A DNA stretch of 64,000 bases from Octopus bimaculoides (GCF_001194135.2 NC_069005.1:34470834-34534833); one strand, 5' to 3'; shown: positions 26,091 to 40,875, counted from the stretch's first letter. The notes: a model not told the origin generated them from the letters alone. Translations and numbers: made by a program.

Positions 26091-26632
26091 TTTGACATAC
26101 GCGTGTATATAGACATATATATGTATACACGCGTACACCAAAAACCTGCGTGTGCGTGCGTGCGTGCGCGTGTGTGCGTTTGTGTGTACGTGTGTGTTTC
26201 CACCCAATATTTCTTCTCTGTCAGATATTTTACTCAACCAACACCCACGTCTACACCCACCAATGTTTCTTGCCATTCGCTTCTCTTCAATCTAAAATTT
26301 ATTTCTGAATAATATTTCGGGGCCCTGTTTTCCTTGTTGCTTTTTCTCCTTTTCAGATTCTTTTATATGCCTGTTTTTCCTCTTCGGTGATTTTTTTTCT
26401 GCTTATTTGAGCCACTTTTTTTTCTTTCTGTTATATTTATTTATGTATTTATTTGAAAATATATTTTGAATATCAAATATTAATGTTCTGTCCTGTCTTT
26501 TATTTCTTCAGCTAATTTCCTCTTCTATATTCTTATATATCACTCATCTTTTNNNNNNNNNNNNNNNNNNNNNNNNNNNNNNNNNNNNNNNNNNNNNNNN
26601 NNNNNNNNNNNNNNNNNNNNNNNNNNNNNNNN

Positions 26633-26669
<37 letters not shown>

Positions 26670-27887
26670 TTATATAAAACAAGTTAAGTAGTTAGTACTA
26701 AACTCTCTGTACGAGATACAAGTACTAACTCTACTGAAAAGTAACGGCTGTTACAACCTCAACGAGATTGTACCATACAGTACACACTTAATGCTACTCT
26801 TTTTAACCCCAGGAGGACATCTCCTCCAGGTAGTTATCGGAATTCGGCTGCTATTTCTGGTAGCTTTTATTTAACTCCATTATTTTGCAGTTAATTAACC
26901 CCATCTAGAGTCAGATCAAATCCAGCCGTAATCGTTTATCACAAATACCAGTTATACCATAGGGTGCAACCTATCAACTACATCATCTCCCTTGCTTGTC
27001 GCCGTCTTCTTCTCCTCCTCCTTCTCCTTCTTCTTTTTCTTCTTTTCTTCTTTCGCCTCCTCTTCTTCTCTTCCTTCTTTTCCTCTTTTTTCTTCTTCCT
27101 CCTCTTCTTCTCCTTTTCATCTTCCTCCTCAACGATGTCGTGTTCATTAAGGTTTTGAACCCTCGTCCCCTGTCACGGCAGAGGCAAGCGGCCCCTAAAA
27201 CCATTCCGTCTGCATTTCTCCCCCTCTCCCCGTCATCGGATCGATCGCAGTCTCTGGCTCGACTCCTTTATTTATCGATGCACCCAACTCGCAAAGAAAG
27301 AAAAAAAACCAAGATCTGAAACCTAAGGTCATCGGAACGTAGAACATAAAGAGCTGGAACAAACACCACGAGGCATTTTGTTCCGGAAAATCTCTGTGTC
27401 AAGTACCTGGGTGGATAAAATATGTAAAAGACATGTCAGCTTCACTCTGGTATTCTCAAAGAAAATTGTGAAATTATGTAAAATAAATTTTTCCTATCTT
27501 CAAAGTTGGCTTGGATGGCCATCTTTGAAGTGTCGTGGAATAGATAGCAATTACCCTTTCAGGGTCTGAATTCGTTATATCCGCCTTTGTGGTCAGTTAT
27601 AACGAAGCAAATAAAGTCGCGCTGGGAATGTCTATGTTTTGCATTCTTCCGGGGATGTTAAAACAAGTACCAGTCAAATTTTAGGATCGATTTCATCGAT
27701 TGATTACTTTATCTTCAAAATGTCTGTCCTTCGTTCACCTATACACTACTGGTGAAATGAAATACTTGGTGGTGATCGGGGTGCGAGTAGTGGTAGTAGT
27801 AGCAGGTGTGGGGCAGCAGCAGTAGAGGTAATGGTTATTGTGGTGGTGGTGATGATTGACGGTGGTGGTGCTGGCTGCGGCAATAGC

Positions 27888-27949
<62 letters not shown>

Positions 27950-29023
27950 CAGTAGCAGCACCATATGTTGGCCGTGGAGCAATATAATGGATTCACAACA
28001 CATGCTGGTGAATGGCTGTTTCCATGTAATGCATCGATCGATTTTTCTATTGAAGGTCTCCTCCTCCTCCCCCTCCTCCTCCTCCTCCTCCCCACAGCAT
28101 CTNNNNNNNNNNNNNNNNNNNNNNNNNNNNNNNNNNNNNNNNNNNNNNNNNNNNNNNNNNNNNNNNNNNNNNNNNNNNNNNNNNNNNNNNNNNNNNNNNN
28201 NNNNNNNNNNNNNNNNNNNNNNNNNNNNNNNNNNNNNNNNNNNNNNNNNNNNNNNNNNNNNNNNNNNNNNNNNNNNNNNNNNNNNNNNNNNNNNNNNNNN
28301 NNNNNNNNNNNNNNNNNNNNNNNNNNNNNNNNNNNNNNNNNNNNNNNNNNNNNNNNNNNNNNNNNNNNNNNNNNNNNNNNNNNNNNNNNNNNNNNNNNNN
28401 NNNNNNNNNNNNNNNNNNNNNNNNNNNNNNNNNNNNNNNNNNNNNNNNNNNNNNNNNNNNNNNNNNNNNNNNNNNNNNNNNNNNNNNNNNNNNNNNNNNN
28501 NNNNNNNNNNNNNNNNNNNNNNNNNNNNNNNNNNNNNNNNNNNNNNNNNNNNNNNNNNNNNNNNNNNNNNNNNNNNNNNNNNNNNNNNNNNNNNNNNNNN
28601 NNNNNNNNNNNNNNNNNNNNNNNNNNNNNNNNNNNNNNNNNNNNNNNNNNNNNNNNNNNNNNNNNNNNNNNNNNNNNNNNNNNNNNNNNNNNNNNNNNNN
28701 NNNNNNNNNNNNNNNNNNNNNNNNNNNNNNNNNNNNNNNNNNNNNNNNNNNNNNNNNNNNNNNNNNNNNNNNNNNNNNNNNNNNNNNNNNNNNNNNNNNN
28801 NNNNNNNNNNNNNNNNNNNNNNNNNNNNNNNNNNNNNNNNNNNNNNNNNNNNNNNNNNNNNNNNNNNNNNNNNNNNNNNNNNNNNNNNNNNNNNNNNNNN
28901 NNNNNNNNNNNNNNNNNNNNNNNNNNNNNNNNNNNNNNNNNNNNNNNNNNNNNNNNNNNNNNNNNNNNNNNNNNNNNNNNNNNNNNNNNNNNNNNNNNNN
29001 NNNNNNNNNNNNNNNNNNNNNNN

Positions 29024-29079
<56 letters not shown>

Positions 29080-29543
29080 CGTTTTGAGTGAGTGTTTGAT
29101 TGAAGGAAATTCAATGAATATCTGTGAATGTTGCTTCGTGAGTGAGAGTATGAGCGAGAGCGGGAGAAGGTTGGCACGAGGGCGTGCTTTTGTGAGTGAA
29201 TAAATATCTGAGAGAAAAAGTGAGTTTTAGGTTATGATATAGAGTTTGGTTAATGAGTGAGTGAGGTAGGAATTGAGTGATGGTGTGGGGTAGCGATTTA
29301 TTAATGTGTATGCTGATGAGTGGTTGAATGGGTGATAATTGAGTGATAGTTGGAAGGACTGATGGAGTGAGTGTGAGAGTTAATGAATGTGTGTTAATTG
29401 AACGGTTCATTTGTTCATTCGGTGAGTGATTAGTTAAGTAATTAAAACATCAACAAAACAACATCAGTCACACCTTAATTGAACATCAATCTAATTGCTA
29501 CCACTTTAATATGACATCCCTCCATTTAGTTCAGCACCTTAGT

Positions 29544-29864
29544 AAGGCGCGTGGCTTAGTGGTTAGGGTATTCGGCTGCCGATCGTAGGGACCTGAGTTC
29601 GATTCCTTGCGACGCGGTGTCCTTGAGTAAGATACTTGATTTCATATTGCTCCAGTTCACTCATCTGGCAAAAATGAGTTGTACCTGTATTTCAAAGAGA
29701 CAGCCTTGCCACACTCTGTGGTCACGCTGAATTTCTTTACGTACAACATTAACGGTTACGCATGTCTGCGAAGTACTCAACCACTTTCACGTTAACTTCA
29801 CAAGCAGGCTGTTCCGGCGATCGGATCAACTTGATCAATCGTTGTTGTAACCAACGGATTGTCA
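29544..29864 (+). mobile_element. tRNA-derived SINE family B
   Basis: A box TGGCTTAGTGG (29552-29562), B box GAGTTCGATTCC (29595-29606), and TTTCATATTGCTCCAGTTCACTCA body shared with 6035-6350. Confidence 0.85.
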
Positions 29865-30029
29865 GTTTAAGTCGTCGGTCCAACGCCTCCACTTGACTAA
29901 GCCACCAGACCAACATCCTCTCCCTCCCCCACCCCACCCTACACACCCATCAGTAAACTAACAATTCGATCACCCATCGACACTCCAGAGAACCTTACAT
30001 TTAAACTAAGAAATTAAATAAATGCTTAC

Positions 30030-30842
30030 CTGTTCTTCAATCGATAATCAAACATTTCCATTGTTCTAGATTGTTCGATCTCTTGCAGTAACACTCGAGT
30101 ATGATGCTATACATCCTGTGTCATGTCGTGTAATGATGTATACATGTGTGTGCGTGTGTGTGTGTGTGTGTGACACTATATGTTTTCCAACCTTACATCG
30201 ATGTCAGACGACAGTGCGCCAATACTAGTTTACTGATGAGGTTTATTCTGTGTTAATTCGTACAGTTGGGACATATCCCGTGATATTGTATCTATGTTTG
30301 TGTGTGTATGTGTGAGAATATGTTTATTTCTGTGGATATGTGTGTCTGAGTGTGTATGTGTGTGTATGTGTGGTTCTGTATACTTTGTGTGTGTGTATGT
30401 GTGTGTGTGTTACACTGAATTCTCCGAGTAAATATTAAGTGCAGCTGCCGTATATTCTGTAAATATATCTTGCGACTGTATTTTGTGTGTCTTATGTATT
30501 CTGTGTCACTGTAGTTCTTTTGACGCTGAATAGGCTTTGCTTTAACCCGTATAGTTTGTCACAGAATATTTATTTTCCTTTCCATCTTGTAGTAGCATTT
30601 ATCGTCTTTGTATTGTTGCTGCTGCAGTTGTTAGTGGTTGGTGGTGATATTGTCATTGTTACTGTTGTGGTGGTGATTTTGAAGGTGTTGATGATGGCTT
30701 ACATACTTCCAATGACGTTGATATTACTGTTCAGGCAGTTGTTTTTACTCTTCCTGTGCATATAATACTGCTCTTGTTGTTGCGGTTATTTCTGTTGTTG
30801 TTCTTGTTCTTCTTGTTCTTGTCTGTTACTCATTTCTGGAAG
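30030..30842 (-). other. Candidate upstream 5' exon of the CNG gene with an ATG at 30061
   Basis: Strong donor CAG|GTAAGC at 30029. Strong acceptor ctaatgcttatttatttattttcttttatatctag at 30843. ATG in ACAATGG context 32 nt before the donor. The 5' boundary is uncertain (alternative donor AT|GTAAGC at 30702). Confidence 0.4.
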
Positions 30843-32445
30843 CTAGATATAAAAGAAAATAAATAAATAAGCATTAGATGAAAAATCAATAAATAAAAGC
30901 TCAATATTGAATGGTTGCAAATACATTTAGATGCATGTCACCGAACGGACCTATTACAACAATCAACCTACAAGATAGAGCAGTCAAATTCTCACAGATC
31001 ACACTGTATGTAAAAATGGCAAGATGGTCATGGTTGGAGGGTCTTTAATTATAGATCTGGTCCCGAGGGGTTGTTGAACTTAGGAAACATGCAGATATAG
31101 TGAGTGAGTGATTGATTGAGTGAGTGAGTGAATGAGTGAGTGAGTGAGTGAGTGAGTGAGTGAGTGAGTGAGTGAGTGAGAGAGTAGGTGAGTGAGCGAA
31201 CGAGTGAACAGAAAGGTAGTAGAGAATTAAGAGTGAAGAGTGGGAGGTAGGGAGCTAGTGAGACAGTGAGTGAGGGGTGAAAGAAAGAGGCGGCAGAAGG
31301 AGTTGAAGCGTTGACAGTTGAAGAGATTTGGTCAATGGACGTGACATGAGGACAAGCAGACGATGAAGAACTAAAAAAAAATAATAACATCGTTCAGAAA
31401 AATAAATTAGTTTTGAATCAAAGGTTAAACAGAGAGGTTAAATATGATGTTACTTATTCGACAAGTTTAGCAAAATATAAATTATGTCGGATAAACAAAT
31501 TATCCAACATCAATATTCTGCGGTATGAGTGGATGTATGTGTGCATATAGGTGTGCATACATATATTCAAGTATATGCATACGTACATGTATGTATGTAT
31601 GTATGTACACTTGTATGTATGTATGTATGCATATATATATACACGCATAAGAGCGTGTGTTTATTTATACATGTGTATCTATATATGTCTGTGTGTATGC
31701 ATGTATATATTCATATACACACACATATATGTATATATGCGTGTGCACGTGTGTACAAAAGAATGTATGCAATATCTGTGTACATATATGCATATAAAGA
31801 CATGTGTGTATGCATATATAAATATATATAGGCATAGATGTACACAAACACTCACACAACATATATATGCACGTATGTATTTATATGCCTACAAAAAAAC
31901 GCATACACATATATGATGTAGACCAAAATAAATAAAAGGAAAAATGAAGTCTTAATATATATATATATATACTTGCACACAAACACACTCACACACACAC
32001 ACTCTCTCTCACACACACATACACTCACACACACACACACACTCACACACACACACATACACATGAAGTGTCCGACTCAGTAAAAACTCCAGACACAAAG
32101 CTTTATCATACGGATTTAAACATGAAGGTCGACCAAAATTTTTGCGGATTAACTATTTTCCTAGACTCTTGCCTCACAACGCATTTCTCAAAGTCTTTAA
32201 GAAAAAAATGCACCAGATTGAGATCCATTGTGGGTAGAGTGGTGTAGTTTAATATTGCTATTAAAAGGGGGGAAACAGGATTCTTATAAAGTTTCTGCAA
32301 ATATTTGTGCACTCAGAATGTATTCGGGCGAGTGTATGAGATATTCATGTCGACCGCCATTGACGTCTGTCTGATAAAGCTTGTCATGGTACGTCTTAGT
32401 ATGTCAGACAGTCTGCAGAAATAAGATACGTGCCGTTGGCATCTG

Positions 32446-32481
<36 letters not shown>

Positions 32482-32516
32482 TGTGAGTGTGTGAGTGTGT
32501 GAGTGGGAGAGAGAGA

Positions 32517-32599
<83 letters not shown>

Positions 32600-33415
32600 T
32601 GGGAGAGAGAGAGAGTATGTGTGTGTGTGTGTGTGTGTGTGTGGTGATTTTTTGCTTCAGCCTGCTTACATGCTAAAAAAGGCTCCAAACACGAATTCAT
32701 CAAACTAGCCTGTTATCATTTCTTGATAAATAGGTAACCCTCGGCCGCCTGGCGTCCGGTTCAGTGAGGTACGTTGCCCTGCCGGCCTGACAAGCCAAAG
32801 GGGTAGCATTGTTCAAAAGCCTCAACAGTGCAGGGGGACGCATCGTAACCGGTGGGGAGTAACAACACCCGTCAGCCTGGTCGATTGTGATATGGCTATC
32901 AGCGCGTGCGCACGTGTGTGCACGTATGTGCATGTGTGTGTATGTGTGTGTTGCGTGTATATTTTTGTATATATGCATATTTTCCTTTTTCTTTACCATA
33001 TGAATTATTCATTTAAATACTACGGGATGGTCAAAATATATTTTTTTACGAAATAAATCTATTTTAGTAAGCAGATCTTTTTTAGAAAGTACATCTTTCA
33101 TAAATGTATTTCTCTTATTTTGTATTTTTTCTGAATTTTTTTTACTTATTTGCTTGCTTTCTTTTTCAATTTTTATTTTATTTTATTCGATTTATCTACT
33201 GCTTCCTTCTTTGACTTTGTGTTGGTCTACGGTCATTGCCTTGCATAAAGCAAACCATAAACGATAATCTACCGAATACATCTATTGTCCATAATATGCA
33301 TAATGAGATTATTTGCAATCTGAAGTAAAGCTGATGTTTCGAACCATCATAATTAGTTGGTTGGTTATATTACAACACACACACACACATACATACATAC
33401 ATATATGTACGTGTA

Positions 33416-33471
<56 letters not shown>

Positions 33472-34457
33472 NNNNNNNNNNNNNNNNNNNNNNNNNNNNN
33501 NNNNNNNNNNNNNNNNNNNNNNNNNNNNNNNNNNNNNNNNNNNNNNNNNNNNNNNNNNNNNNNNNNNNNNNNNNNNNNNNNNNNNNNNNNNNNNNNNNNN
33601 NNNNNNNNNNNNNNNNNNNNNNNNNNNNNNNNNNNNNNNNNNNNNNNNNNNNNNNNNNNNNNNNNNNNNNNNNNNNNNNNNNNNNNNNNNNNNNNNNNNN
33701 NNNNNNNNNNNNNNNNNNNNNNNNNNNNNNNNNNNNNNNNNNNNNNNATATATATGCATGTATGTATGTATGTATGTATGTATACATCTATGTGTATGTG
33801 TACGCATGTATGTATTATTATACTTGCGTATGGTCATCTTTTGCCAATTAAACACAAGCACTGTTTATTTGCTTTTCGCTTTAGGTTTATTAATATTATT
33901 TATTTATTTATCCTTTACTTTGTTTAGAAAAAAAAACTACACGTTTATATGAGACTTATTTGGTAAATTAATTCAACATCAAGTATTGTCATGGGATAGT
34001 TTCAATTCCTTAGAGAAACACTTCCACGAAATCGGAACCCTTGCTACGTAACATTTAATACCCCGGTTGTTGACAAAAGAATGCTTTTTATACACCCAGC
34101 ACATGATTACACACTTTTGTTAAATATTGAATTCATTTAGTCATTTGTGCCAGACAATGTTATGTATTGCTTCTTGTCGACATAAATATGTTTCCAGCAT
34201 AATTACGTCTGTATTTGTGCACGCGTTTATGCACATGAACATACACATACATGCAGATATATACACAGGCATACATTTTAAACACGTATGGGTATATACA
34301 TATGTACATACACATAAGTTTAAGTGCACACGCAAACACACACACACACACACACACACATACACACATATACAAAAATGAATACATTCCTTCTTACATA
34401 CATATGCATGTACTATGTATATGTGCATATACATACATACGTACGTACGTATACACA

Positions 34458-34538
<81 letters not shown>

Positions 34539-35387
34539 ATATACATATCATAAAAATATGTACGTATACATATTTACACAGAAAAATACCCTGTTGATGA
34601 TGTTGAAATTTCAATGAAGGGGCCTTGGATCTAGGTTAGAAACCGGCTCTTTCTTTATTGGCAATAAATCTTGAAATAAAATTGAATGACATACATACAT
34701 ACATACATACATACATACATGCATAAGAATATTTTCAGATCACTGCTTCAAAACCCACAGCTTGTAACTTTACATTTACACCAAGAATTATGGATGCAGT
34801 TGGCTGTGTTTAATGTAAAATACTTGAACAGCTTGGATTTTCAGGCAGCATAAGGGACCAGCTAACCCTTTTCTTTACAGAAACAATGTAAAATGTAAAA
34901 ATATACAAGTTTGTTCTTAAATATAACATATAGGCTTTTTTGATTTGTTAGAAACCCACTTCTTATTTATTGAGGGAATTCAGATAATTAAAATAGAGAG
35001 AAAATCTAAACAACCTGTTTTGTCTTTCTCTTTACCCTGGATTTTAACATTGAAGTAAACTTCCATAAGGAACGGAGATACAAATGAAAGTCTGATGGGA
35101 AAATGTCAAAGAGCAGGACAAGTAATTCTATGTAGAATATTGGTGAAAGATACTTAGAAATGTAGGAAGATTGGAAACCTTTCAGGAATTGATTCTGAAA
35201 ACTGTAGTCATTAAAGAAATGTTTTAAAGAATTAAACTGTCAACGTTGATTGTATGGAATCAGACTATTTTACCATTTTATGTCTTAGAGAAATCATGTC
35301 TTTTTTTCCCCAGCCATTTTTGATGGGTCATCAAATAGATATGTATGTATATCATATAAGTGCGTGTGTGGGTGTATACTTATATAC

Positions 35388-35418
<31 letters not shown>

Positions 35419-35450
35419 TGTATGTATGTATGCATGTATGTATTTGTGTA

Positions 35451-35541
<91 letters not shown>

Positions 35542-36193
35542 TACGTACATAACATAATTCATTTAAGCACGAAATAATTTTTCTCTGAAAGTGTTCAGTG
35601 ATAATTTCCAAATTAATTAAAATTATAAACATCTACATGTATGTATGTGCATGTCTGTGTGTGTGTGCGTGTGTAGAAACAGCAACAATGCGAATATAGC
35701 AAGCGTTATCATTTTTCCCAAACAGAACTGTCATGTAGATTCAGAGATTGGTCACTTTTGACAAACGTGGAGAAGAATATTGAATACAAAAAGTGAAGCG
35801 TAAATGTTTTATTAGACACTAAGAGTTGTAAATCTAAGTCCCATGGTGTCAAGTGTTGAAGGCAGTGACAATAGAAAGGTGGCGTTGTCACAGTATATCA
35901 GCGAGAATATTAAAAAGAACCGTTGAAATATTGCTGATTAGCAGCACATCGAGATTTGGTTGGTTTTCTCAATAGCCAGTGAGAAAAAGTCCTCTTATCT
36001 ATTAGCATCATGCAAAAACCTGAGAAGAATTCCATGTGCCCCGGCATGGCCGCAGTTCAATGCACATGCGTCAGTCCTACACGATAAAATTAATTCTACA
36101 AGTATTGAATTCTTTTAATGCAAAATGTTGATCGTTATTCACAAATTTACATCTCGAAAACCAACATTAATTCACACCCATATACATACACAT

Positions 36194-36254
<61 letters not shown>

Positions 36255-36345
36255 TAGATATACACACGTATATGTATACACGCACAGACACATACGCATG
36301 TATGTATGTATGTATGTATGCATGCATGTATGTATATACATATAC

Positions 36346-36410
<65 letters not shown>

Positions 36411-37160
36411 TAGGGTGTACGTGGTTTGCTTGATTTATAACCTTCTTCGTTTATCAAACTTGGCCATCAAGAATAAATAATTGATTAAGAATTATGACTA
36501 AGACTAAAAATAAGAAGAGTACAGCCGGTCACTCGTGTATCATGTTATATGACCCAACACTAAACACCTGAGACAAAACTCTGGAGAGAATCTTTCTAAA
36601 ATGGCAAACACAGGCGCCATCTTGAAACAAAACACAGCATTTGCTTTGTTTCTCGACAGACGCCATTGCCATGTCTCTCTCTTCTCGTGTACTGACGTTA
36701 TTATAGACTTGTAAATGATATATTTAATTCTACGGAAAAATATTTATATCTGATTTTTATTAAATCTTCCATATCTTGTCTAATAAATATTTTATAAAGA
36801 TTCTATGCTCTCCGTTATATGAATGGGCTGTATGTTTAGGTGCGGGTGAATATGTGTGTGTGTGTGTTTGTGCGTGTGTATGCATATATGATAAAACGCA
36901 CTCTTTCTCTCTCCCTCATCATATATACATATATGCAATAGTAAATCTTAAATTATTGGGAGATAGGGAGAGACTGTCAGGGAGAAAGAGAGAGAGAAAC
37001 TGCCATACGCATTGCCGTATATAGCTCTATAACAATCTATCGGTATTTTTCTCTGTGTGTTTATTATTGTATATGTGTGTGTTTATGTTTATGTACTCAC
37101 ATAGACACATACACATACACACACACACACACACGCACGCACACATACACAAACACACAC

Positions 37161-37690
37161 GTCCATCATTGTATCCCTTGGAAGATCTTCGAACACTTTC
37201 TTGATTTTGGCCACCAGATTGGTCTTGGTGTTGCAGAAAGAGCGGTTGGTGTCTTTCCCAACCGCATTCCACACATAGTAATCCACGAGATTACAACTGA
37301 AGGAATTAGAAAGCCAGAAATTGGGATCGGGTAAGTCATAGACATTCTCCGACAATCACTTCTGATTCTCTCCGGAGTTATGGCAAGGAGCTGAATCCTT
37401 CTGCTACACATATGGCCTTCCCGCAACAACCCTCTCCAACCAGGGTTTGACCACTGTCTCCAGCAGCTTCACAAAGCAGAACTGAGCCCAGGGCTCTGTT
37501 CAAAACTGTGACACGACAGGACGTCATACTCAGAGTGCCTTCTGTGTAGCTTGCTGCTGGCCACGGCCTCGTACTCCCCGTTGCAGCTGTCCATGTGAAG
37601 TCTTGCAGCCTTTACAGGTGTTCATAGAGCATTGAGCAGCAATCATGATGTCGGCATTTTGATAATCGACGTGAATCATCATGAAACACT
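37161..37690 (-). mobile_element. Internally deleted, decayed Tc1/mariner-superfamily transposase, DD37D (maT) type
   Basis: KLLETVVKPWLERVVAGRPYV*QKDSAPCHNSGENQK*LSENVYDLPDPNFWLSNSFSCNLVDYYVWNAV has exactly 37 residues between the 2nd and 3rd Asp, and two Trp codons mutated to stops. An N-terminal piece (IAAQCSMNT...MDSCNGEYEAVA) is joined across an apparent deletion. Confidence 0.85.
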
Positions 37691-38145
37691 TAATCCCTTT
37701 TCAAATAGTCAAGCGGCTTCCATTCCTCCATGACAGCTAACTTTTTCTCAAATACAACTTTAGTCTTTATGTTCTCCAGCGCCGTTCACTATTCACCAAT
37801 ACGTTAACGAGAAGAAAGAATACATGAAAATCCTTAGATTTAGCGCGAAAACCCACGCACACACACACACTGGTAGAGAGAGGGGAAGGGAGATTCACAG
37901 TTATTTTTTCTCAGTTTATTATTACATCACACCCGTATTCTCAAATCTCTCATTCACACTCGTTCATTCATTCACACACAAACACACGCGTGCGTGCGTC
38001 TCTATGTATGTAAGAAGGGATTGTTCCCAGCTCTTTAGCTCTCTGTTATTTATTTATTCACTGTTACTCTAAAGTTTGACACAAATACAACAAGCGAATC
38101 GTGTCACAAGGTTGAGGTAATATAAAAGAATAGCAAAAGGAGAAA

Positions 38146-38218
38146 AAGAAGAAGAAGAAGAAGAAGAAGAAGAAGAAGAAGAAGAAGAAGAACAACAACA
38201 ACAACAATAACAACAACT

Positions 38219-38258
<40 letters not shown>

Positions 38259-38290
38259 AAGAACTACAACAACAACAACAACAACAGCAA
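38146..38290. repeat. Compound (GAA)n(CAA)n(CTA)n microsatellite
   Basis: Directly visible. Confidence 0.98.
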
Positions 38291-38979
38291 CAAAGAAGGC
38301 ATATAAGAAAGTAGGGTACGGAGAAAATAGTAGAAAGCATGAAAACTGATGAGAGTAAAACACCAATGAAAGACAATAATGAAAATAAAAACGAAAACTA
38401 TACAAGCAACGAAACGGAAATGATGAGCTGTTGAAAACAATGATAGGGAAATGATAAGGACGAGCAAAAGAGAAGCTTCGTTGCATGAGTGGATAGTGAA
38501 AGTGAAAGTAGGTTGATAGGTTGTGTGTGTGAGTGTAATGGAGGAAATTCTCTGTGAAACTCCAATGTGTTTAGATAGTAAATAACTCAGCATTGAAATG
38601 TGCTGGCATTGCTCTCGATATTTGTGATGCTTTAGTGAGATACAGCCACGATATGAAGAGGATTCAGAATAGATTGTTGTCGGGATTCTCTTGCCATTTT
38701 AGTGAACAGATGAGCGAGTAGCGGTGACGACAGATTTTCCGGTCGGGTTGGAAGTGGGGCAGGTTACATTTTAGTGGAATGGAAGAAGTACTTTGGAACG
38801 GTTTACCTACTTATATGACTGTTCGCTTCTATCTCTTTTTCCCTCCCTTCTCTCTCACACCCTCATACCCTTCTCTCTTTCTTTCTCTCTCTCTCTCTCT
38901 TTCTCTCTCTCCTTGTACTTAGCATTGTATAAGCAGATTTATACTCATGTTCACACGTACCTTTAACTAATTATATATG

Positions 38980-39027
<48 letters not shown>

Positions 39028-39037
39028 TTTATATATT

Positions 39038-39074
<37 letters not shown>

Positions 39075-39794
39075 NNNNNNNNNNNNNNNNNNNNNNNNNN
39101 NNNNNNNNNNNNNNNNNNNNNNNNNNNNNNNNNNNNNNNNNNNNNNNNNNNNNNNNNNNNNNNNNNNNNNNNNNNNNNNNNNNNNNNNNNNNNNNNNNNN
39201 NNNNNNNNNNNNNNNNNNNNNNNNNNNNNNNNNNNNNNNNNNNNNNNNNNNNNNNNNNNNNNNNNNNNNNNNNNNNNNNNNNNNNNNNNNNNNNNNNNNN
39301 NNNNNNNNNNNNNNNNNNNNNNNNNNNNNNNNNNNNNNNNNNNNNNNNNNNNNNNNNNNNNNNNNNNNNNNNNNNNNNNNNNNNNNNNNNNNNNNNNNNN
39401 NNNNNNNNNNNNNNNNNNNNNNNNNNNNNNNNNNNNNNNNNNNNNNNNNNNNNNNNNNNNNNNNNNNNNNNNNNNNNNNNNNNNNNNNNNNNNNNNNNNN
39501 NNNNNNNNNNNNNNNNNNNNNNNNNNNNNNNNNNNNNNNNNNNNNNNNNNNNNNNNNNNNNNNNNNNNNNNNNNNNNNNNNNNNNNNNNNNNNNNNNNNN
39601 NNNNNNNNNNNNNNNNNNNNNNNNNNNNNNNNNNNNNNNNNNNNNNNNNNNNNNNNNNNNNNNNNNNNNNNNNNNNNNNNNNNNNNNNNNNNNNNNNNGT
39701 CCAGGGTGTATAATTTTTGCCCATGTGTGTGTGTGTGTATGTATGTATGTGTTCATGTCTGTACACGTGTGTTATATGTATGTATATATATATA

Positions 39795-39837
<43 letters not shown>

Positions 39838-39999
39838 CATATTCATACACCCCACACACACACTTACATATACATACATACATACTTACATACATACATA
39901 CATATATACATACATTACATAAGTATGTGTGCGTATTTGGTTAGGTGTGAACGCGTAGGTATGTCGCTACAACGTTTATCTAGAGATTATTAATACCGC

Positions 40000-40069
<70 letters not shown>

Positions 40070-40513
40070 ACTCACTCACTCTTCCCTTCACTCTCTTTTC
40101 CCTCCACTCTAGCTGCCTCTCTCTCATATATATATACGTCTCTCTTGGCACTTTCTCATTGTCGACGATATTTGCAAAGATTCTTCCTCATCCTCGGGCC
40201 TTCATCTGAGGAATTAGATTAAAATGATGAAAGAAACGCGAGATTGTCGTCAAAGACCCTGTAACAAAAGCACATCGGTGTGGAGACAACATCGAATTAT
40301 CTGGTTGCTGAGAGATGCCTTAGTCTCCCTTGGCACCTACTTTGAATGTGTGAAGGAGGACAAAGACTACTTTTCATTTAATTGATGCTTCCCTCAAACC
40401 ATTCCAAAACACGAGTTGCCGGTTTCGCCGCAGTTGACATGAATCGAAAAGTCCACGCATTACAGGTAACAGGACATCCAGTTGCCAAACGTCAGCATGC
40501 ATATTCATGTGTA

Positions 40514-40557
<44 letters not shown>

Positions 40558-40771
40558 GCTTATAGTGAGGGATTATCAACGTGAAATGAAGTCATTTGCT
40601 CGGTGGCTTAACGCACCGCATGGTCAGAAATAGACGACCCGACCTCATGAGTCGAACATTCCTACCCAATAAGACATGTATCATACATACACACACACGC
40701 ATATATACATACATACATATATGCATGCCCGCACACAAATACGGACATACAAACATATATCTATCTCTCTC

Positions 40772-40875
<104 letters not shown>

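Noticed and set aside
29544-29620. tRNA gene
   Set aside because: A and B boxes are present, but there is no complete cloverleaf and it continues into a SINE body shared with 6035-6350.
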